From: an uncultured virus (IMG/VR IMGVR_UViG_3300046747_000190)
Taxonomy: Duplodnaviria > Heunggongvirae > Uroviricota > Caudoviricetes
Virus record (IMG/VR): IMGVR_UViG_3300046747_000190
Strand: one strand, 5' to 3'
DNA length: 64,000 nt
The position numbers were made by a program, and so were the translations under genes. Numbering within the stretch: position 1 is the stretch's first letter; each line of letters starts with the position of its first letter. The notes beneath the pieces were generated by a model. The model saw only the letters and a list, made by a program, of their open reading frames with translations. It searched no databases and was not told the DNA's origin. This document shows positions 62,126-64,000 of this stretch, one piece after another.

Positions 62126-63174
62126 AGACTGCGGACGAGAACGACAAGGCGAAGGCCGGAACGCTGCCAAAGCATCCGGAAGCCGGCACCGTGCAGATCG
62201 GGAAAGTCATCCCGATGCGGCGTGAGCTGCGCGCCGTCTCGATCTTCGACGCCTTCGGCCGGATCATCGAGGAAGCGAAGGCCGGCAAGCCAGCAATGGG
62301 GCTGACAACCGGGCACTACAAGCTCGACGCGCGCCTATGCGGTCTCCGCCGAAAGACCATCACGACGCTCGGGGCCCGCACGTCGTTCGGGAAGACCAGC
62401 AAGGCTCTCCAGATCGCGAATCTGAATCTGAAGCTCGGCGAAGTCATCCTGTTCATCAGCACGGAGGACAACGAGGCCATGTGCCTCAAGCGGCTTCTCG
62501 CCGCGCGCGCCGGCGTGAACGCGCTCAGGCTGCGAGCCAACACATGCACGAAGGATGAGCTGCGAGACATGGAGATTGTGCAGGCGAAGGGTGAGCGGCA
62601 ACCGTTCTTCGTGGAAGCGATCGGCGCGAACGTAGAGGACATCTGCACGTTCATCCGGATGTTCTGCCGACAGCAGACCGAGGAACGCGGCGCCGGCAAA
62701 GACACGGCGCTCGTCGTCGTCGACTACCTGCAGAAGATCCGAACTCAGGGTTTGCACCAAGACCGTCGCTTGCAGGTCGGCTACATCGCCGACGAGATCG
62801 GCAACACGATCAAAGAACACAATGCCGCCGGTCTACTTCTTTCACAGGTCAAGCGACCCGATAAGAACAGGCCAGCGGAGCCACCGACGCTGTACGACCT
62901 CAAGGAGGCGGGAGAGATCGAGAACGCCTCCGAGGCTGTGCTCATCGGCCATGTCGAATATCAGGACATTCCAGGCGCGCGCTCGAAGCTCCGCACGAGG
63001 AAGATCAAGGTCGAGAAGAACAAGGACGGCCCTACCTTCGACGACGAATGGATCGACCAGGACTTCGATGAATACACAGCGAGCTTCCGCGAGACGCAAG
63101 GGCGCATCTATGACGACCCGCAGGAGGAACTCGATCTCGAGCCACCAGAGCTAGACGATCCGAGGTTCCTATGA
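62122..63174 (+). CDS. DnaB-like replicative helicase (C-terminal ATPase domain)
   Basis: GLTTG, GARTSFGKT, ISTE, VVVDYLQ, LSQ, DLKEAGEIE, KNKDG. Confidence 0.93.
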   Translation: MKTADENDKAKAGTLPKHPEAGTVQIGKVIPMRRELRAVSIFDAFGRIIEEAKAGKPAMGLTTGHYKLDARLCGLRRKTITTLGARTSFGKTSKALQIANLNLKLGEVILFISTEDNEAMCLKRLLAARAGVNALRLRANTCTKDELRDMEIVQAKGERQPFFVEAIGANVEDICTFIRMFCRQQTEERGAGKDTALVVVDYLQKIRTQGLHQDRRLQVGYIADEIGNTIKEHNAAGLLLSQVKRPDKNRPAEPPTLYDLKEAGEIENASEAVLIGHVEYQDIPGARSKLRTRKIKVEKNKDGPTFDDEWIDQDFDEYTASFRETQGRIYDDPQEELDLEPPELDDPRFL

Positions 63175-63229
63175 CCCGCCGCAAGCCCGCGCGCCGCCAT
63201 CCGCTCCTCGTCCCGGCGCGCCCGTTCAA

Positions 63230-63274
63230 GGCCCGGCTCGGCGAGGCATGGCGCGGCTCGGTCCGGCTCGCCAC
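63230..63274 (+). repeat. Pentamer tandem array (GGCNN)
   Basis: GGCCC GGCTC GGCGA GGCAT GGCGC GGCTC GGTCC GGCTC GCCAC. Confidence 0.75.
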
Positions 63275-63398
63275 AGCAGGCGAAGCACCAAGCGCGTGGG
63301 AGGCGCGCTTCGGAATGAATAGCTGAAACGAAAAAAAGCCCCGCTGCGGGCGAGGCCATTCCGGAGCTTTGGCGGGCTTCCTGGAAGGATCTCGTACC

Positions 63399-64000
63399 AT
63401 GCAGTTTGCAGAAAAGCGACCCCCCGAGTCTGCCGAGCCTCCGTCGACTGCCGAGCAAGAGCGCGAACTCGCCGATCATCTCGCCCGCCCCGATCCTGCG
63501 CGCAGCTCGAACTTCGCCAAGATGTGTGCGGAACTCGAGGGCAGCGGGCAACGGAGTGTCCGCTGTAGGACATGCGCCGGCACGGGCGCGAGAACGATGC
63601 CGAAGGCGGTCTTCGAACTCTGGAAGACGAAGATCGCGACGGCCGCGCCATCGGCTCGAGACAAGCTCCGCAAGGAATTCAGCCGCGCGACGGAATGCAG
63701 CTCCTGCACCGGCACCGGTTACAGGCTCTCGTTCTCGACCGTTCAGCGGAGCCCCTGCGACGAATGCCGAACGACTGGCAGGGACGCCGACGGGTCGACC
63801 TGCCGGGCCTGCCGAGGCGCCGGAGCGATCAACCTGGGGCGCCCGGACCGGTGGCGGTGGAACGCCGTCTGGTGCTCGAGATGTAAGGGGCACGGGAACG
63901 TGTGGGACGAGGAGCGGCAAGACGATTGCCCGATTTGCCACGGAGCCGGCTTCAACATTCCGGTGACCGTTTTCGAGACTGGGTGTTCGAAGAAGGGTCG
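63399..64000 (+). CDS. DnaJ-type zinc-finger repeat protein (partial, runs off the window)
   Basis: Not in the ORF track; GGAAGGA RBS; MQFAEKRPP...; CRTCAGTG, CSSCTGTG, CDECRTTG, CRACRGAG, CSRCKGHG, CPICHGAG. Confidence 0.8.
   Translation, partial: MQFAEKRPPESAEPPSTAEQERELADHLARPDPARSSNFAKMCAELEGSGQRSVRCRTCAGTGARTMPKAVFELWKTKIATAAPSARDKLRKEFSRATECSSCTGTGYRLSFSTVQRSPCDECRTTGRDADGSTCRACRGAGAINLGRPDRWRWNAVWCSRCKGHGNVWDEERQDDCPICHGAGFNIPVTVFETGCSKKG

Larger units (their letters stand above)
1..64000. mobile_element. Tailed phage (myovirus morphotype; lambda-like head, Mu-like contractile tail), probably temperate
   Basis: Continuous, tightly coupled head, tail, lysis, recombination, repressor and replication modules; no bacterial housekeeping genes. 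Confidence 0.97.

Overview
The whole window is the genome, or nearly the whole genome, of one high-GC tailed phage. No host genes are visible. The + strand late operon (~220-42950) has a lambda-like head module: a cosQ-like site, TerS, GpA-type TerL, gpW, portal, ClpP-type protease/scaffold, decoration protein and gpE capsid. This is joined to a Mu-like contractile tail (sheath, tube, frameshifted chaperone, tape measure, gpN/gpP/gp45/gp46/gp47/gp48), a long block of fibre, Gly-rich and repeat proteins, and a lysis-type block. Between the tail tube and the tail assembly chaperone lies a ~6.7 kb cassette of five glycosyltransferase-type domains, two methyltransferase domains, a DegT-type sugar aminotransferase and an HNH gene. 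This is the best candidate for an undescribed system, a virion glycosylation pathway using an amino/methylated sugar. A leftward early operon (~43000-53830, - strand) carries RecE-like and Sak4-like recombination genes, a C5 DNA methyltransferase, a HerA-like ATPase, a Lar-like protein and a repeat-linked chain of micro-ORFs. A CI/Cro-type switch with twin, apparently leaderless promoters sits at ~53830-54790. A rightward early operon encodes an MT-A70 methyltransferase, a clamp-like protein, RusA, an initiator, primase, a DnaB-type helicase and a DnaJ-type zinc-finger protein that runs off the end. No integrase, tRNA, rRNA or CRISPR array was recognised. Lipoprotein style suggests a Myxococcota host (inference). 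All product calls rest on motif recognition and synteny, not database searches.
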